Source of the DNA: Eledone cirrhosa
Taxonomy: Eukaryota
Direction of reading: 5' to 3'
NCBI GenBank assembly: GCA_964016885.1
Contig: OZ024742.1
Coordinates: 29,016,001-29,080,000 of the forward strand
DNA length: 64,000 nt
Shown here: positions 13,578-34,011 of the stretch, piece after piece
How the letters are laid out: each line of letters begins with the position of its first letter
Position numbering within the stretch: position 1 is the first letter of the stretch
Notes under the pieces: model-generated
Databases searched by the model: none
What the model saw: the letters and a program-made list of their open reading frames with translations, nothing else
What the model was told of the DNA's origin: nothing
Position numbers and translations under genes: made by a program

Positions 13578-15000
13578 AAATATAAGAATCAAAGAACTGT
13601 TCAAAACATTATTGTGCTTACAGCTGTTTCCTCCAAACCGAGGTTTGGATTCTTCGGAGCAATTTATTAATGCATGGACAGTTATATGACCTCCTTTTCA
13701 GCCGAGAGACATACCAATACATATTCAAACATTGATACATATTCAAACATTGTGGGTCAACATTCATTACAGAATTTAGAGTGGCAGTACACACTTCGAG
13801 ATTACATTTATATTAATAGGTACAATCAAAAATCAAAGATATAGGTTAAAGTACAACATGAAGATAAGTGGTTATATAGTGCAAATGTTATATGTGTGGC
13901 ACGCATGTGCGTCTTGTTTATATAGTGTGGCAGAGAGATATGTGTGGTAGAGGCACTTAGGTAGGTAAATAAGAGTGTTAGGTTGGTAGATCTGGTGGCA
14001 AAGTCTTTATATGATTGATATAGTCTGTGTGTGGAGAAATATTATAAGCATTAAAGATAGTGCAAGCATTAAAAGTGTTATAAGTATTGGAGATGCACAG
14101 CGCAGGGATGTCAAGTAATTCATGTACTTCGGCATTTTCATGGTCAAGGGAGTGTATATTTCGATTATATGCCTTTCACATAATCCACGACAATCCAGTT
14201 AGAGATCGTAGTCTGGTGTTCTTTAGTTCGATACAGGAGGTTGTTACGTTTCGAGAAACGCCATTGACCATGAAAATGCCGAAGTACATGAATTACTTGA
14301 CATCCCTGCGCTGTGCATCTCCAATACTTATAACACTTTTAATGCTTGCACTATCTTTAATGCTTATAATATTTCTCCACACACAGACTATATCAATCAT
14401 ATAAAGACTTTGCCACCAGATCTACAACCTAACACTCTTATTTACCTACCTAAGTGCCTCTACCACACATATCTCTCTGCCACACTATATAAACAAGACG
14501 CACATGCGTGCCACACATATAACATTTGCACTATATAACCACTTATCTTCATGTTGTACTTTAACCTATATCTTTGATTTTTGATTGTACCTATTAATAT
14601 AAATGTAATCTCGAAGTGTGTACTGCCACTCTAAATTCTGTAATGAATGTTGACCCACAATGTTTGAATATGTATCAATGTTTGAATATGTATTGGTATG
14701 TCTCTCGGCTGAAAAGGAGGTCATATAACTGTCCATGCATTAATAAATTGCCCCGAAGAATCCAAACCTCGGTTTGGAGGAAACAGCTGTAAGCACAATA
14801 ATGTTTTGAACAGTTCTTTGATTCTTATATTTCATATAACTGCTCTGTAAATCATCTGATGTTTTTACATTGAGCTACTTAACTTACTGGTAATAAGGTA
14901 GTAATACATTACTGCCTACCACTATTTAGGGTGTGTGTAAAATACTTACAACTGCTTAAGGTTTGTGTTTACATAACCATAAATAGTATAACTAATACTA
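13574..15000 (+). mobile_element. Foldback PLE tail (family C): arms 13574-14147 / 14264-14836, extension to 15000
   Basis: Near-perfect inverted repeat of about 574 bp with a 116-bp spacer. Each arm has a hammerhead-like CCGAAGA..GAAA CAGCTG TA. A second copy lies at 54722-55487. (TA)n on both sides. Confidence 0.8.
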
Positions 15001-15002
15001 TA

Positions 15003-15217
<215 letters not shown>

Positions 15218-15218
15218 G

Positions 15219-15312
<94 letters not shown>

Positions 15313-15329
15313 TATATGTGCACACACAC

Positions 15330-15369
15330 ACATATATATATGTGAGTGTGTATATGTGTCTGTGTATAT

Positions 15370-15432
<63 letters not shown>

Positions 15433-15518
15433 TGTCTATGTGTGAATATATGTCTATATTCGTATGTGTGTATTTATGTATGTATATGTTTATATGTATG
15501 TATGTATATGTATGTATG

Positions 15519-15552
<34 letters not shown>

Positions 15553-15692
15553 ATAATATATATATATATTATTCTTTATTATTATAATATAACTTATGTG
15601 TATGTGTGTATAAGTGAGGTTGTGTATGTGTATATAATATGTGTATATATAAGTGTAAAAAAATATATATATATGTGCATGTCTGTTTTTTA

Positions 15693-15728
<36 letters not shown>

Positions 15729-15834
15729 CGTGTGTATATATATGTATATGTGGGTGTTTGTATGTGTATTTATGGTGGTATAAGTGTGTGGATATCTATG
15801 TGTATATATATATTTATATATATGTATGAGTGTA

Positions 15835-15867
<33 letters not shown>

Positions 15868-16280
15868 GTGTATATATATATATATATGTATGTGTATGTA
15901 TGTGTGTATATATATATATCTCTATTAATGCGTGTGTGTATGTATATACATATGCCTTTTTATTATTATTTTTATTTGTATGTCTGAGTTTATGTGAGGT
16001 TGTAGTGGTTTTTTATGTATATACGCATATATGGATGCGTATGTATTTGTATATATGAGTATAAGTAAGTACATATGTATGTATGATTATATATCTAATT
16101 CTATGTATGAATATACATGTATATATATATGTGTGTATGTAAGTTGTGTGTGTATGTATCTATATGTCTATGTGTGTGTATATATATATATATATATATG
16201 TATGTCGATGTGCGTATATGTACATGTATGTACATGTATGTGTGTGTGTATGTGTATGTATATTTAGATGTATGTGTATG

Positions 16281-16319
<39 letters not shown>

Positions 16320-17480
16320 ATGTATATATATGGGTATATATCTTTATTATTTATTTTTTATATATATGTGTATGTGTGTATGTGTTGCGTGCGTGTGTGT
16401 GTATATATATATCTTTATATATGTGTATGTGTATGTTCGTGTAGGTGTATGTGTGTGTATGACTGTATATGTATGTGTGTATGTGTGTATGCGTAAATAT
16501 TTCTATGTGTGTGTACATGTATGTATGTGTATATATCTGTATGTGTATGTATATTATATTATATTTATTATATTTTATTGGTTTATTTTTTTATTTTTCT
16601 TAATTTATAGATACATTTATATTAGGCAGTCTGCTCAGACAATTGAATACTGACCCCTTCCCCCCCCCTCCCACCTAATTTCTGTATCTTGATCTAAAAA
16701 TGTGTGTACCAGTGTTTTATGTGAGTGAATTAATATCCATGTGCTTATGATTTTATATCCACATATATAAATGTGAGTGGGGGTGTGTGTGTGTTTGTAT
16801 GTTCGTGGTTATGTGTATATTTATGCATATACGCGCGTGTATGTGTGATTGTACTGATATGTGTGAGTATGAAAAAATATATTTATATACTTGATTTCAT
16901 AAGTATCAATGCGCATCTTATCTGCACATTGTAAGCTTACAGAGACATTAACCTTGAAATTTTGTATTTGCATCCATCCTTTTAGTATGCGTATACAAAT
17001 TATACATACATTTTTGTAAAATATGTGTAAGGGTTTTACATGTATATACACACACCAAACTGCATTTAACCCTTTGTGTTTTCATTGGTCAATTTTGAAC
17101 TGAAATTTTGAATTGTTGTTATTATCAATAAATATACTTCATTATTTCTGAAGACGGCGTATATATGTGTTTGGTATGTATATTTAATCTTGATAATTTG
17201 TATAATTTTGTATAATTTTGTACATAGATCTGTTGAATATGCATACCAATTCTAACACATATATATCCTAGAAACGATCGTTAAATAATGAACTTTTTTT
17301 GTTTAATATAAGGAATTGTTTATTCATTATTTGTTTAATATTTTATCTTGACTCTGTATACCGTTTATCTTTCACCGAAAGTGGTTTTTCATTACATCTC
17401 TTCTTTCCATGATATCCGGAATACATTGAGTTCTTCATACGGATTGGACACTACCGTAAACTCTTGGTAGATTTATCTAC
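15330..17480 (+). mobile_element. Diverged copy of the family A PLE 3' UTR/tail; hammerhead at 17141-17289
   Basis: 16560-17480 aligns with about 53500-54420 and has the same terminus GATTTATCTACA(TA)n. The left boundary is uncertain. Confidence 0.8.
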
Positions 17481-17504
17481 ATATATATATATATATATAT
17501 GTGT

Positions 17505-20500
17505 TGAGTATGACATTAAACTACATCCAGTGGCAAGGCTCCAGTTCGGGAGTTCAGGAGATGTGGGGAATATGGAGTTACCCCTTAGTTGTCATGACTC
17601 CCAGGTCTGCCCTGGCCCGGGGTGGTAGTACCTGTTAGGGCTCCATTTATGGGTTAAATAACTACCTTATTCGAGTGGCGCCGGTAAGGTATTGTCAGCC
17701 ATTGAAAAGAAATATGGAGAGTCGATCTAACAGCACTAGGGTTAGAGCCCCTAATTACACTGTCAAGGAGCAGCCTGGTCGTTATGACTCTGCTGGCTTA
17801 GAGCCACAGAGAGGGCCAGTGGATGATGGATCAGCTGTCTCTGAGACAAATATAAAGAATGTAGTTTTGTCCTGCAGAAGAGCCATCAAAATGGGCACTT
17901 TGAATGTGAGGACTATTCGAACGCTGGAGAAGAGAGAGGAGTTGGGACATCTGTTCGAGGAGAGTGGTATACAGATACTTGCGATCCAAGAACACAGGAT
18001 TCTACACGATGAGCCCGTGAGGAGTGTGATGATCGGGAGGAAGAGCCAGCTCATCACTACATCGGCAGTGAAGAACACAACAAATGCTGCAGTAGGAGGA
18101 GTGGGTTTTGTGTTCAGTGCAAAAACCAATCTGTTGGTGAGGGAAATAATGCCTATCTCCCCGCGAGTGTTGAGGGTGACCTTCAATGGAAACCCAAGAC
18201 TGACAGTCATCTCAGCCTATAGTCCAACCGAGGGGGACAGTGATGTGAATGCCGAGGAGTTCCATGAGGAAGTGTGTAGAGCTGTCAACACCACTCAGGC
18301 ACACAATATCCTGCTTGTTTTGGGGGACTTCAATGCACATCTGAGTAAGGAGGGCAGTGAAGATCCTTGCTGGTACTTCCATAACAACACCAACCGAAAT
18401 GGAAGACTACTGAGAGACACCCTGCTGGAGGCGAACTTGATGGCGACCAACCTAAGGTTTAGGAAGAATCTGGGGAAGATGTGGACCTACATCTCAGATG
18501 TGCACCTGTCCAAGTCCCAGATTGATTTCATTCTGGTGAGGAAAAAGTGGCGGAATAGTGTTCTGAACACGGAACCATACAGCTATTTCAGTACACTGGG
18601 TAGTGACCACCGGCTTGTTATGAGTGAGGTCCGCGTGAGCTTAAGAAAGAGCAAGGCTCAGCCCCGGAGAACAATCTATGACTGGGGAGCTTTCAAGGAA
18701 GATGATAAGCTACAGGAGAGGTTCACAGTGGAAGTGAGAAACAGGTTTAGTGCTCTGTGTGGAGAGTCAGAGGAGAGAGAGATTGGATGGACTGAGGAGA
18801 GTGTGACGAGGAGGTACGGGCACTTCACCAATGCAGTGGCGAAAGCAAGTGAAACCCTGGTGCCGAGGAAAAAGAACAAAGGGAAGCACGTCAGCTCTGC
18901 AGACCCAAAAGTGTGTGCAGCCAGAGAACACCTGAAAGCTGCCAGGGACCAATTCTATGCTGATCCTACGGAGGAGAGGATGGAGACTGTGGAGGTGATG
19001 AGGGAAGAGCTCTGTACCGCTTACACTGAGGTCAGAGAGGAGGCACTGATAGAGAAGATCAGAAGTGTGGAGAGAGCGGTTGACAGATCTGGATGTAAGG
19101 AGAGCTGGATGATCATCAACGAGATCACAGGGAGGAAGAAAAGGTGTTCGAGTCAGATCCAGGGAACGGGGCCCGAGGATAGGAAGAGGAAATGGCTAGA
19201 CCATTTTAGGACCCTACTAGGAGAGCCACCCTCCACAGCCCAGAGCACTGGGGAGATCAGGCGGCTGTTTGAGGAACTGGATGTTGAGACAGAGCCCTTC
19301 ACCAGAGAGGAGCTTCAGAGAGCCAAGAAGAAGATCAAGGAGGGCAAGGCTCATGGAGAAGATGGAGTAGCATCAGAGGTGATGAAGTGGTGTGATTTTG
19401 ATGATATCATCCTGGGGTTCTGTAACGGGGCACTGGAGAAAGGAGTTGCCCCGAATCAGTGGAGGATCAGTAACATCGTCCCAGTGCCAAAGAAGGGAGA
19501 TCTCTCTAACACCAACAACTACCGGGGGATCTCACTGACGTCACTTGTGGCAAAGACCCTCAACAGGATGATTCTTAACAGGATCCAGCCTGAGATGGAG
19601 AAGAAGCTCAGGGACAACCAGAACGGCTTCAGAGAGGGTAGATCAACCACCAGTCACATCCTGATGCTGAGGAGGATATTAGAGGGAGCTAGAGCAAAGT
19701 GCCTTCCTGCGGTCATGGTTTTCATTGACTTTAGGAAGGCCTTTGATTCTGTGGACCGTTACTGCCTGATGAAGATCTTACAGGCTTATGGAATCCCCAA
19801 GAGGATAGTGGACCTGATATCACTGCTCTACACCAACACCAAAGCCCAAGTCATTACACCTGATGGGATGACAGAGTTCTTTGAGATACTGGCTGGAGTG
19901 CTCCAGGGAGATACATTGGCTCCCTACCTTTTTATCATCGTAGTGGACTATTGTATGCGCCTTGCACTGGAGAAACACCAGGACTCTGGCTTTACTGTAG
20001 CACCGGCTCAGAGCAGGAGAGTTGGGGCGAAAAAGGTATCGGATGCTGAATTTGCCGACGACATAGTTTTGGTGACAAATACAGTGAAGGAGGCAGAGGA
20101 TTTGATGCGGGAGGTTGAGACTGTGTCGATGAGTGTGGGGCTGAGAATGAATGAGACTAAAACAAAATATCTGGTAGAGAATGTTGAGAAGCCAGAGGGG
20201 ATCACTAATGTAGGCGGGAAGCCGCTGGAATTGGTTGAGGACTTCCTGTATTTGGGAGCAAAGATTGGGAATACGGAAGATGATGTGGTTGAGAGGAAGA
20301 GCAAGGCCTGGGCAGCGTGCCACAGCTTGAGATCGGTGTGGAAGTCGGACCTTCGTAGAGACCTGAAAATCCGCCTCTTCATTGCTGTAGTGGAGTCTGT
20401 GCTGCTGTATGGGTCTGAGACTTGGACACTGACCAAGAGACTCACTCAGATGGTGGATGGGTGCTACACGAGAATGCTGAGGATGGCTCTGAACATTAAT

Positions 20501-20817
20501 CAGTATACACTGAGGATGAAAAACTCAGAGCTGTATGGGAGCCTCCCAAAAGTCAGCTCAAAAGTGACACAGAGGAGACTGAGGTTGGCTGGACATGCTC
20601 ACCGACATCCAGAGTTGACATTGCACTCCGTGCTCCTTTGGGAGCCCCTACATGGACACACTGGAAGAGGAAGACCAAGGTTAACATATGTTGATGCCCT
20701 AAGGACAGACACTGGTCTGTTGGAGACGCAGGACATGGCAGCGATAATGAGGGACAGAGACCGCTGGAGAGAACTCGTCCATGGATCTCGGGAATTTTAC
20801 CCGCCTTAGATAGATAG
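17505..20817 (+). mobile_element. RTE-clade LINE, near full length
   Basis: 5' UTR of about 200 bp, a single APE+RT ORF and a (TAGA)n tail. Possible low-complexity TSD ATATATGTGT at 17495-17504 and 20818-20827. Confidence 0.9.
17714..20809 (+). CDS. Uninterrupted APE endonuclease + reverse transcriptase of the RTE LINE (1031 aa from the first ATG)
   Basis: APE motifs GTLNVRT, AIQEHR, SAYSPT, GDFNAH, QIDFIL, SDHRLV. RT motifs [53 protein letters not shown]-terminus [21 protein letters not shown] is typical of RTE. Confidence 0.95.
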   Translation: MESRSNSTRVRAPNYTVKEQPGRYDSAGLEPQRGPVDDGSAVSETNIKNVVLSCRRAIKMGTLNVRTIRTLEKREELGHLFEESGIQILAIQEHRILHDEPVRSVMIGRKSQLITTSAVKNTTNAAVGGVGFVFSAKTNLLVREIMPISPRVLRVTFNGNPRLTVISAYSPTEGDSDVNAEEFHEEVCRAVNTTQAHNILLVLGDFNAHLSKEGSEDPCWYFHNNTNRNGRLLRDTLLEANLMATNLRFRKNLGKMWTYISDVHLSKSQIDFILVRKKWRNSVLNTEPYSYFSTLGSDHRLVMSEVRVSLRKSKAQPRRTIYDWGAFKEDDKLQERFTVEVRNRFSALCGESEEREIGWTEESVTRRYGHFTNAVAKASETLVPRKKNKGKHVSSADPKVCAAREHLKAARDQFYADPTEERMETVEVMREELCTAYTEVREEALIEKIRSVERAVDRSGCKESWMIINEITGRKKRCSSQIQGTGPEDRKRKWLDHFRTLLGEPPSTAQSTGEIRRLFEELDVETEPFTREELQRAKKKIKEGKAHGEDGVASEVMKWCDFDDIILGFCNGALEKGVAPNQWRISNIVPVPKKGDLSNTNNYRGISLTSLVAKTLNRMILNRIQPEMEKKLRDNQNGFREGRSTTSHILMLRRILEGARAKCLPAVMVFIDFRKAFDSVDRYCLMKILQAYGIPKRIVDLISLLYTNTKAQVITPDGMTEFFEILAGVLQGDTLAPYLFIIVVDYCMRLALEKHQDSGFTVAPAQSRRVGAKKVSDAEFADDIVLVTNTVKEAEDLMREVETVSMSVGLRMNETKTKYLVENVEKPEGITNVGGKPLELVEDFLYLGAKIGNTEDDVVERKSKAWAACHSLRSVWKSDLRRDLKIRLFIAVVESVLLYGSETWTLTKRLTQMVDGCYTRMLRMALNINQYTLRMKNSELYGSLPKVSSKVTQRRLRLAGHAHRHPELTLHSVLLWEPLHGHTGRGRPRLTYVDALRTDTGLLETQDMAAIMRDRDRWRELVHGSREFYPP

Positions 20818-20818
20818 A

Positions 20819-20938
<120 letters not shown>

Positions 20939-20940
20939 TG

Positions 20941-20973
<33 letters not shown>

Positions 20974-21002
20974 ATATATATATATATGTGTATATATATA
21001 TA

Positions 21003-21367
<365 letters not shown>

Positions 21368-21422
21368 ATATATATATGTGTATATATATATATGTGTATA
21401 TATATATGTGTATATATATATA

Positions 21423-21455
<33 letters not shown>

Positions 21456-21488
21456 GTGTATATATATATATATGTGTATATATATATA

Positions 21489-21571
<83 letters not shown>

Positions 21572-21584
21572 ATATATATGTGTG

Positions 21585-21637
<53 letters not shown>

Positions 21638-21800
21638 TTATATGTGTATATATATATATGTGCATATATATATATATATATATGTGTGTATATATATATG
21701 TGTATATATATATATATGTGTGTGTGTATATATATATATATATGTGTATATATATATATATATGTGTATATATATATATATATGTGTATATATATATATA

Positions 21801-25070
<3,270 letters not shown>

Positions 25071-25237
25071 TATATATACACATATATATATATATATACA
25101 CACACACATATATATACATATATATATATATACACACACACATATATATATACACATATGCACATATATATACATACACATATAAATATATACACACACA
25201 CATATATATATATATATATACACATATATAAATTTAT

Positions 25238-25268
<31 letters not shown>

Positions 25269-25350
25269 CACATATAAATATATACACACATATATATACA
25301 TATATATATATAATATATATATATATATACACATATAAATATATACACAC

Positions 25351-25429
<79 letters not shown>

Positions 25430-25472
25430 TATATATATATATATATGTATATACACATATATATATATACAC

Positions 25473-25568
<96 letters not shown>

Positions 25569-25599
25569 GTGTATATATATATATATATATAAATATATA

Positions 25600-27477
25600 T
25601 ATTTATTAAATAACAGATTAAAGTTTAAGCAAAGAATCGCTGCTTTCACCCTTAACGGGATCTTCTGAAACTAACAAAGTCAACCTGTAAACGCAGAACT
25701 GGATATTTCAAAAAACGTTGCAACGGGAGAAAGACAGGAAGACGATACTTTGGTTCGTGGAAACGTTCGCTGGCAAAGAACGGGAAAAAACGAATAATAC
25801 GTCATTAATAGGAGCGGTGAAAAACAATTACGCGCAAAGACAGAACCACGTTTATGGTATAAAAGAGGTCGTAGACTAATGTTCTCTTAGGTGGTGCATA
25901 GAGACGTTCTCTGGCAATGAACGAAAAAACGAAGATAATAAGTCATATGTGGACCGTAGAGAACAATAGCACGCAAAAACAAAACCACGTAAATGGTATA
26001 GCAGAAGTCGTAGACTAAAATTCTAACTAGGAGACCAAATGAATCTCCGCTACAGAGTTAAGAACAAAGTAAATAAATACAATACAGAAGTAATAGAAAT
26101 AAATAAATACGTACACGCAAACAAATACGTACATACACAAGCATACGCAAAACCTTACCATAGGTATACAAAACCACGCACATATAAATATGTGTGTGTG
26201 TGTGTATGCTTGTGTACAAATAAATAAATAATTATATAAACGTATATAAGTAAATAAATACGTATATAACAAGCGCGCACACATACCTACATATAAATAC
26301 ACGAATGTTCGGAGACGTAAGTCAACTAAAACAAGAGGTACACATATACACACACCCACCATACGTACGAACCTGCATACTCACGCAGACGCAAAACTCC
26401 CGTATACACATAGCCAAACCCTAAATACCAGAATATATAAAAAGTATACGCCATAACAATCAAATATACGTACGAGAAGGTATACATACCTTCACAAAAC
26501 ATACGGGTAATATATACCTACCTATGCAAATAAGTAAAGGAATAAACAAAACATATACTTAGCTCCCACATCAAGACGTAAAATATCCACGTATAGATCG
26601 TGCTATCCGTTAGGGTATAACGTGGGGCTGTAATACAGGAAAGTTTTGTGCAATTTATGTTTACAAGCCGAAATTGCCTCAGATTTTTTGTTTAAGATGT
26701 GGTCTGTGGCGTAGAGTATTTCCAGGGCCTCAGCGGTACAGAGGTCACATGGTCTTTTATTTCCGTTATACGATCTAGCCCTAGCTAGGATCTCCCAGTG
26801 TAACTTATATTGGGTGTGGTTGTCTTTTAGACTCCAGATATAAGCTGAAAGTGACGTCATATTCCTTCTTAGAGGGTAACGAAAAGAATGGGTATGCATG
26901 TAAAGACGCTGCTTGAAACTATTGGCGGTTAACCCTATGTAGGCCCTACGGGACGTGGGTGTTACAACCTTACATTTGTAGACAATGTTACTAGAGAGGC
27001 ATTTCCCGGATAGGGGGCAATCAGCCCGATTCCTACAATTACAGTTAGTACTAACTACAGGGTTGCACGTGTTCCTACGGCTAGGTAGTTTAGCTAAATT
27101 TGAAGCTGTGATGCTATGTGCAAGGTTAGGAGTCGTAGAGTAAGAAATTTTAATAGTATTTCTATTAAAAGTTTTACTATGTTTATGTGTAGGGGGAAAA
27201 TGCTTCGTAATAAGGGAAAGGAAGATCTTAGCTAATGGTGTGGCCACCTCCATATTATATGGTGGGTTAAACCAACAAATGCGACGGGATCTATTTCTTC
27301 TAGGTCTATTTTCGTACTCTGTATATGCTACCTTATCGACAAATCCACTTCGAGCAAGAGCTTCATTGTAATAAGTGGAATGGTCGTTGAAAATGCGCTC
27401 GTTGGTGGAAAGACGGGAAAGCCTCAACGAAACGTTTCTTACCAGGTTCTTGGTTATGCTGGCAGGATGGTTGGAAT
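25600..27477 (-). mobile_element. 5'-truncated PLE of the CxCx5Cx5C type, with 3' UTR
   Basis: GIY-YIG ORF followed by about 1 kb of UTR. A degenerate hammerhead-like motif lies near 25635-25672. (TA)n flanks. Confidence 0.85.
26603..27477 (-). pseudogene. PLE thumb + GIY-YIG fragment (open frame, no RT core)
   Basis: [72 protein letters not shown]. Confidence 0.9.
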
Positions 27478-27506
27478 GTGTATATATATATATATATATG
27501 TGTGTG

Positions 27507-27669
<163 letters not shown>

Positions 27670-27698
27670 ATATATATATATATATGTATATATGTGTG

Positions 27699-27860
<162 letters not shown>

Positions 27861-27884
27861 TATATATATATATATATATCTATA

Positions 27885-27923
<39 letters not shown>

Positions 27924-27942
27924 ATATATATATATATATATA

Positions 27943-28051
<109 letters not shown>

Positions 28052-28455
28052 TAAACGGACGATAGTCCGTTTAGTAATATTGTTGTGGTCGTGTTTTCGT
28101 TGGCGATCGTCTGTTTACGATAGTACAGCGCGGCTCTACTTTATTTAACTAAGATAAAACTTATATGTGCATGAACAGTAGATCATTACGCATCTTTTGG
28201 CTTAAAAATCTAGAAATTTGGTCCAGCGGGAAAAAGTTTATAATCAAAGTTTGCTGATAAATCTTGTGTTCAAGTGAGTGAGTAGTAAGCGTGACGCTAG
28301 GGGAGGTAATTACGAGGTAATTACAAGGGGAGGTAATCTAATATATTTCAAATTGTATTTTTAACTAAATTCATTTTTCATAGTCTTATATTTTAAAAAT
28401 AGGTGAGTGCTCCACGATGATGACCCATGTCCCCGCCATGTGGAGGGGATGCTTA

Positions 28456-28521
28456 GGAGCCATCCAGATATCATGTGACCATTTTTGGTTCGCGGTGTCC
28501 ACATGATATCTGGATGGCCCT
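28456..28521. mobile_element. Tiny hairpin, possible Harbinger/Tourist-like MITE remnant
   Basis: 19-bp perfect arms GCCATCCAGATATCATGTG (28459-28477 / 28500-28518). TTA flanks both sides (28453-55, 28522-24). Confidence 0.5.
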
Positions 28522-29006
28522 TTATACTAATTAGTCATTTATCTGCATAAAAATTATACCAGATCATTCTGATTATTGGCTTGAAATCTTTTACAAAATT
28601 AGTATGAGCAACTAAGAGGTCATCAATAGAAATAGAATTACTTTTTGAAGTTTTCATGCACAGCATTTTTGGGGATTTTAAATAAAAGTTAATATCATAA
28701 TTCTTATTTTGTATACCCACATTGCAGATACAGAGAAACATGACAATCCCATATAAAGGTCGTAGACAGCAGTATCAGTTTTTATCCGTAACACCATTGA
28801 AATGCACAAGTTTCACCAATTCACTGTTATGCACTAATCATCTCAAATGCATTCATGATTTACTAGCTTTGTCATTAAGCCAGTTGCCTCAACTAGATTG
28901 CAATTATACTCAAAAGAACTTTAAAATGTCAATCACTTGTCAGTAATTCACTATGATCTTTTAATTATTAGATAGTTGTTGCTTGCATTGCCTTAAAAAA
29001 TAGTAG

Positions 29007-30494
<1,488 letters not shown>

Positions 30495-30505
30495 ATATAT
30501 ATATA

Positions 30506-33474
30506 TATATTAATAAGAGGAATTCCAACTTTGTCTGATTTACTCGTTTTATTTACAATCCTTTAAAATATATATAATGGTATTATAATGAAATAGTATG
30601 ATAGAATATTAAATTCTAAGTGTTAATTGAACAAGTACTTTCATGCTTTCGCAATCTTCAGGTTCATGATATGTGGTGACAGTCGAGTTTGCAATTTTCA
30701 ACTGTAATGAGATGGGTAAATTTCCTTCCTTTTATACATTTTATACAGAGAAAAGTGGCTCCAGAATGCAAAGCCCTGTAAACTGTATTTCGACCAATCA
30801 GTGTGTAGTTTCACTGAATTACTACAGCTGATTGGTTTAAGCGTCACGGCTGGTTGAGCATGCTAACGACCAATAGTCATATCCAACGTATCAATTGTTT
30901 TGCTTTTTTGAAATGATGAAAATAGCATTTTCTATTAATCATCACCATCAACATCACTTTTATTATTATTATTATTGTTGTTGTTGTTGTTGTTAGTGGT
31001 CGTGGTCATAGTGGTAGTAGAAGTAATACCCCTAGGCGTTATTATTGTTCATTTAGCTTGGGTTTGAATTTATCAATAAAATTCTTTTCTTTGATTTTTC
31101 TCTTGATTTCACTTGGGCTGTGTAATTTGTAGAATGGGAATATTATAAATAAGAAGATCAACAATCTGGCTTCAAAATACCATAAATCATTTACTGATAA
31201 GGAAAGAGACTACATCACCAATTTTGAGCCGAAACCCAGCAACCTGTATGGCCTACCGAAAGTTCACAAGTCAAAAGAAATACAACTGGCAGTAAGAGAA
31301 CAAAACAGTGAGTACATTAAATTATTACACCCAAAAGACTTAAAACTTAGACCTACTATAGCTGGTCCAACATGCCCCACTCACCGTCTAAGCAATTTTG
31401 TTGACATTATTTTGAAACCACTATGTATTCACATACCCAGTTTCATCCGGGATGATATCGACTTCCTGTCCCATCTTCCCAAAACCACGGAAACGAATTC
31501 ACTTCTACTCAGTTTTGATGTGGTAAGCCTTTACACCAACATTACACATGATTTAGGAATAAAGGCGGTTAAATACTGGGTGGAAAAACATAGAGAAGTG
31601 ATTCCCATTAGATTCACAGCGCCATTTATATTAGACGCAGTTAAACTTATTCTGGAAAACAACACTTTCTTCTTCAATGGAAAGAATTACATCCAAATTA
31701 GAGGCACAGTGATGGGAACGAAGTTTGCTCCCATTTACGCGAACTCTGTAATGGGATACTTAGAACAACAACTCTACCAAGAAATAGAGGAAAAATATAG
31801 TACTGACTTTAGAAAGTACATTGAAAAATCTTGGAAGAGATACTTTGACGACTGTTTCATCATCTGGACAGAATCTCTAGATACTCTGGATGAGTTCAAT
31901 ATCCTCCTGAATAACCTACACCCATCTCTCCAATTCACAAAAGAGATGAGTAGGACCAAATTACCATTCCTAGATATAATGATAATCAAAAACGACACCA
32001 CCATTACCACGGATATATATTATAAACACACAGACACCCATCAATATCTGAATTTTAAGTCGTGCCATCCACCTCATACAAAACGCAACTTCCCATACTG
32101 CCTAGCCAGAAGAATTTGTACCATTGAAGAAGATACGAATACCAGGTACAAACGCCTAACAGAACTAAGAGAATTTTTACTCAAACAAAAATAGCCATCT
32201 CTACTTATAGAAAATTGCATACAGCGGGCTATAAAAATACCTATACAACAACTTAGAACAACCCAAGGAAGAAGAAACCAAGAACTGGTCATACCATTTA
32301 TAATGACACACAACCCATGTCACCCGAATATCTTCAACACTGCCAAAGCAAACCTACCGATCATTGCTCAAAGTAATGAATTAAAAGGCTTAATCACAGA
32401 TCGATCTTTGACTCTTAGTAAAAGACAGCCAAAAAATTTGAAGCAATTGCTAACAAAAGCAAAGTTTGACCTTAACAACAAAGACCAATCGTTTACTGTA
32501 TCTAAATGCAATGATAATCGATGCGGCATATGTCAATCCATACACGCCGGTCAATATATGAAAACAAAAACTGGAAAAATATTCCCAAATGTAAATGTGA
32601 ACTGCAAAAGCAGAAATCTAATTTACTGCATTAAATGCCCGAATTGTGAAGAACTATATGTCGGTCAAACTGGAAATGCACTATCGGAACGTGCACGGGT
32701 ACACCGTCAACAAATCAGAGACCCAAATGTCCGTCAGATACCCCTAAGCGGCCACCTGGCAACATGTGGTCAGGGAATATTTATAATATTCCCATTCTAC
32801 AAATTACACAGCCCAAGTGAAATCAAGAGAAAAATCAAAGAAAAGAATTTTATTGATAAATTCAAACCCAAGCTAAATGAATAATAATAACGCCTAGGGG
32901 TATTACTTCTACTAACACTATGACCACGACCACTAACAACAACAACAACAACAATAATAATAATAATAATAAAAGTGATGTTGATGGTGATGATTAATAG
33001 AAAATGCTATTTTCATCATTTCAAAAAAGCAAAACAATTGATACGTTGGATATGACTATTGGTCTTTAACATGCTCAACCAGCCGTGACGCTTAAACCAA
33101 TCAGCTGTAGTAATTCAGTGAAACTACACACTGATTGGTCGAAATACAGTTTACAGGGCTTTGCATTCAGGAGCCACTTTTCTCTGTATAAAATGTATAA
33201 AAGGTAGGAAATTTACCCATCTCATTACAGTTGAAAATTGCAAACTCGACTGTCACCACATATCATGAACCTAAAGATTGCGAAAGCATGAAAGTACTTG
33301 TTCAATTAACACTTAGAATTTAATATTCTATCATACTATTTCATTATAATACCATTATATATATTTTAAAGGATTGTAAATAAAACGAGTAAATCAGAGA
33401 AAGTTGGAATTCCTCTTATTAATATAATCTTCTATACACAATCATACACACCCGTGTATATTTACCTATCTATA

Positions 33475-33475
<1 letters not shown>
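30506..33475 (+). mobile_element. PLE (family B) with inverted arms 30506-31151 / 32778-33426 and a one-sided extension of about 50 bp
   Basis: Inverted repeat of about 645 bp containing the ORF end and tail. Hammerheads at 30628-30666 (-) and 33266-33304 (+, CTGA mutated to CTAA). Confidence 0.92.
31152..32884 (+). pseudogene. 5'-truncated PLE RT-GIY-YIG ORF with one premature stop (Naiad/Neptune-like)
   Basis: LYGLPKVHK, RPTIAG, SFDVVSLYTNI, GTVMGTKFAP, RYFDD, LPFLD, HPPHTK, CNDNRCGIC, LIYCIKCPNC..YVGQT..R..H..H. TAG at 32192-32194. The clade assignment is tentative. Confidence 0.9.
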
Positions 33476-33517
<42 letters not shown>

Positions 33518-33534
33518 ATATATATATATATATA

Positions 33535-33577
<43 letters not shown>

Positions 33578-33590
33578 ATATATATATATA

Positions 33591-33757
<167 letters not shown>

Positions 33758-33778
33758 GTGAGTATATATATATATATA

Positions 33779-33840
<62 letters not shown>

Positions 33841-33896
33841 TGTATATATATATATATGTGTGTATATATATATATATATATGTGTGTATGTATATA

Positions 33897-33993
<97 letters not shown>

Positions 33994-34011
33994 GTATATG
34001 TATATATATAT

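Noticed and set aside
17782-20445. Antisense ORFs within the RTE (and likewise within the CR1 and PLE ORFs)
   Set aside because: Shadow frames of the real coding strand.
32192-32194. In-frame stop in the family B ORF as possible selenocysteine recoding (reported for some PLEs)
   Set aside because: The codon is TAG, not TGA, at a position where Tyr is expected (QK*P), so it is a simple nonsense mutation. The stop at 23178-23180 is also TAG.
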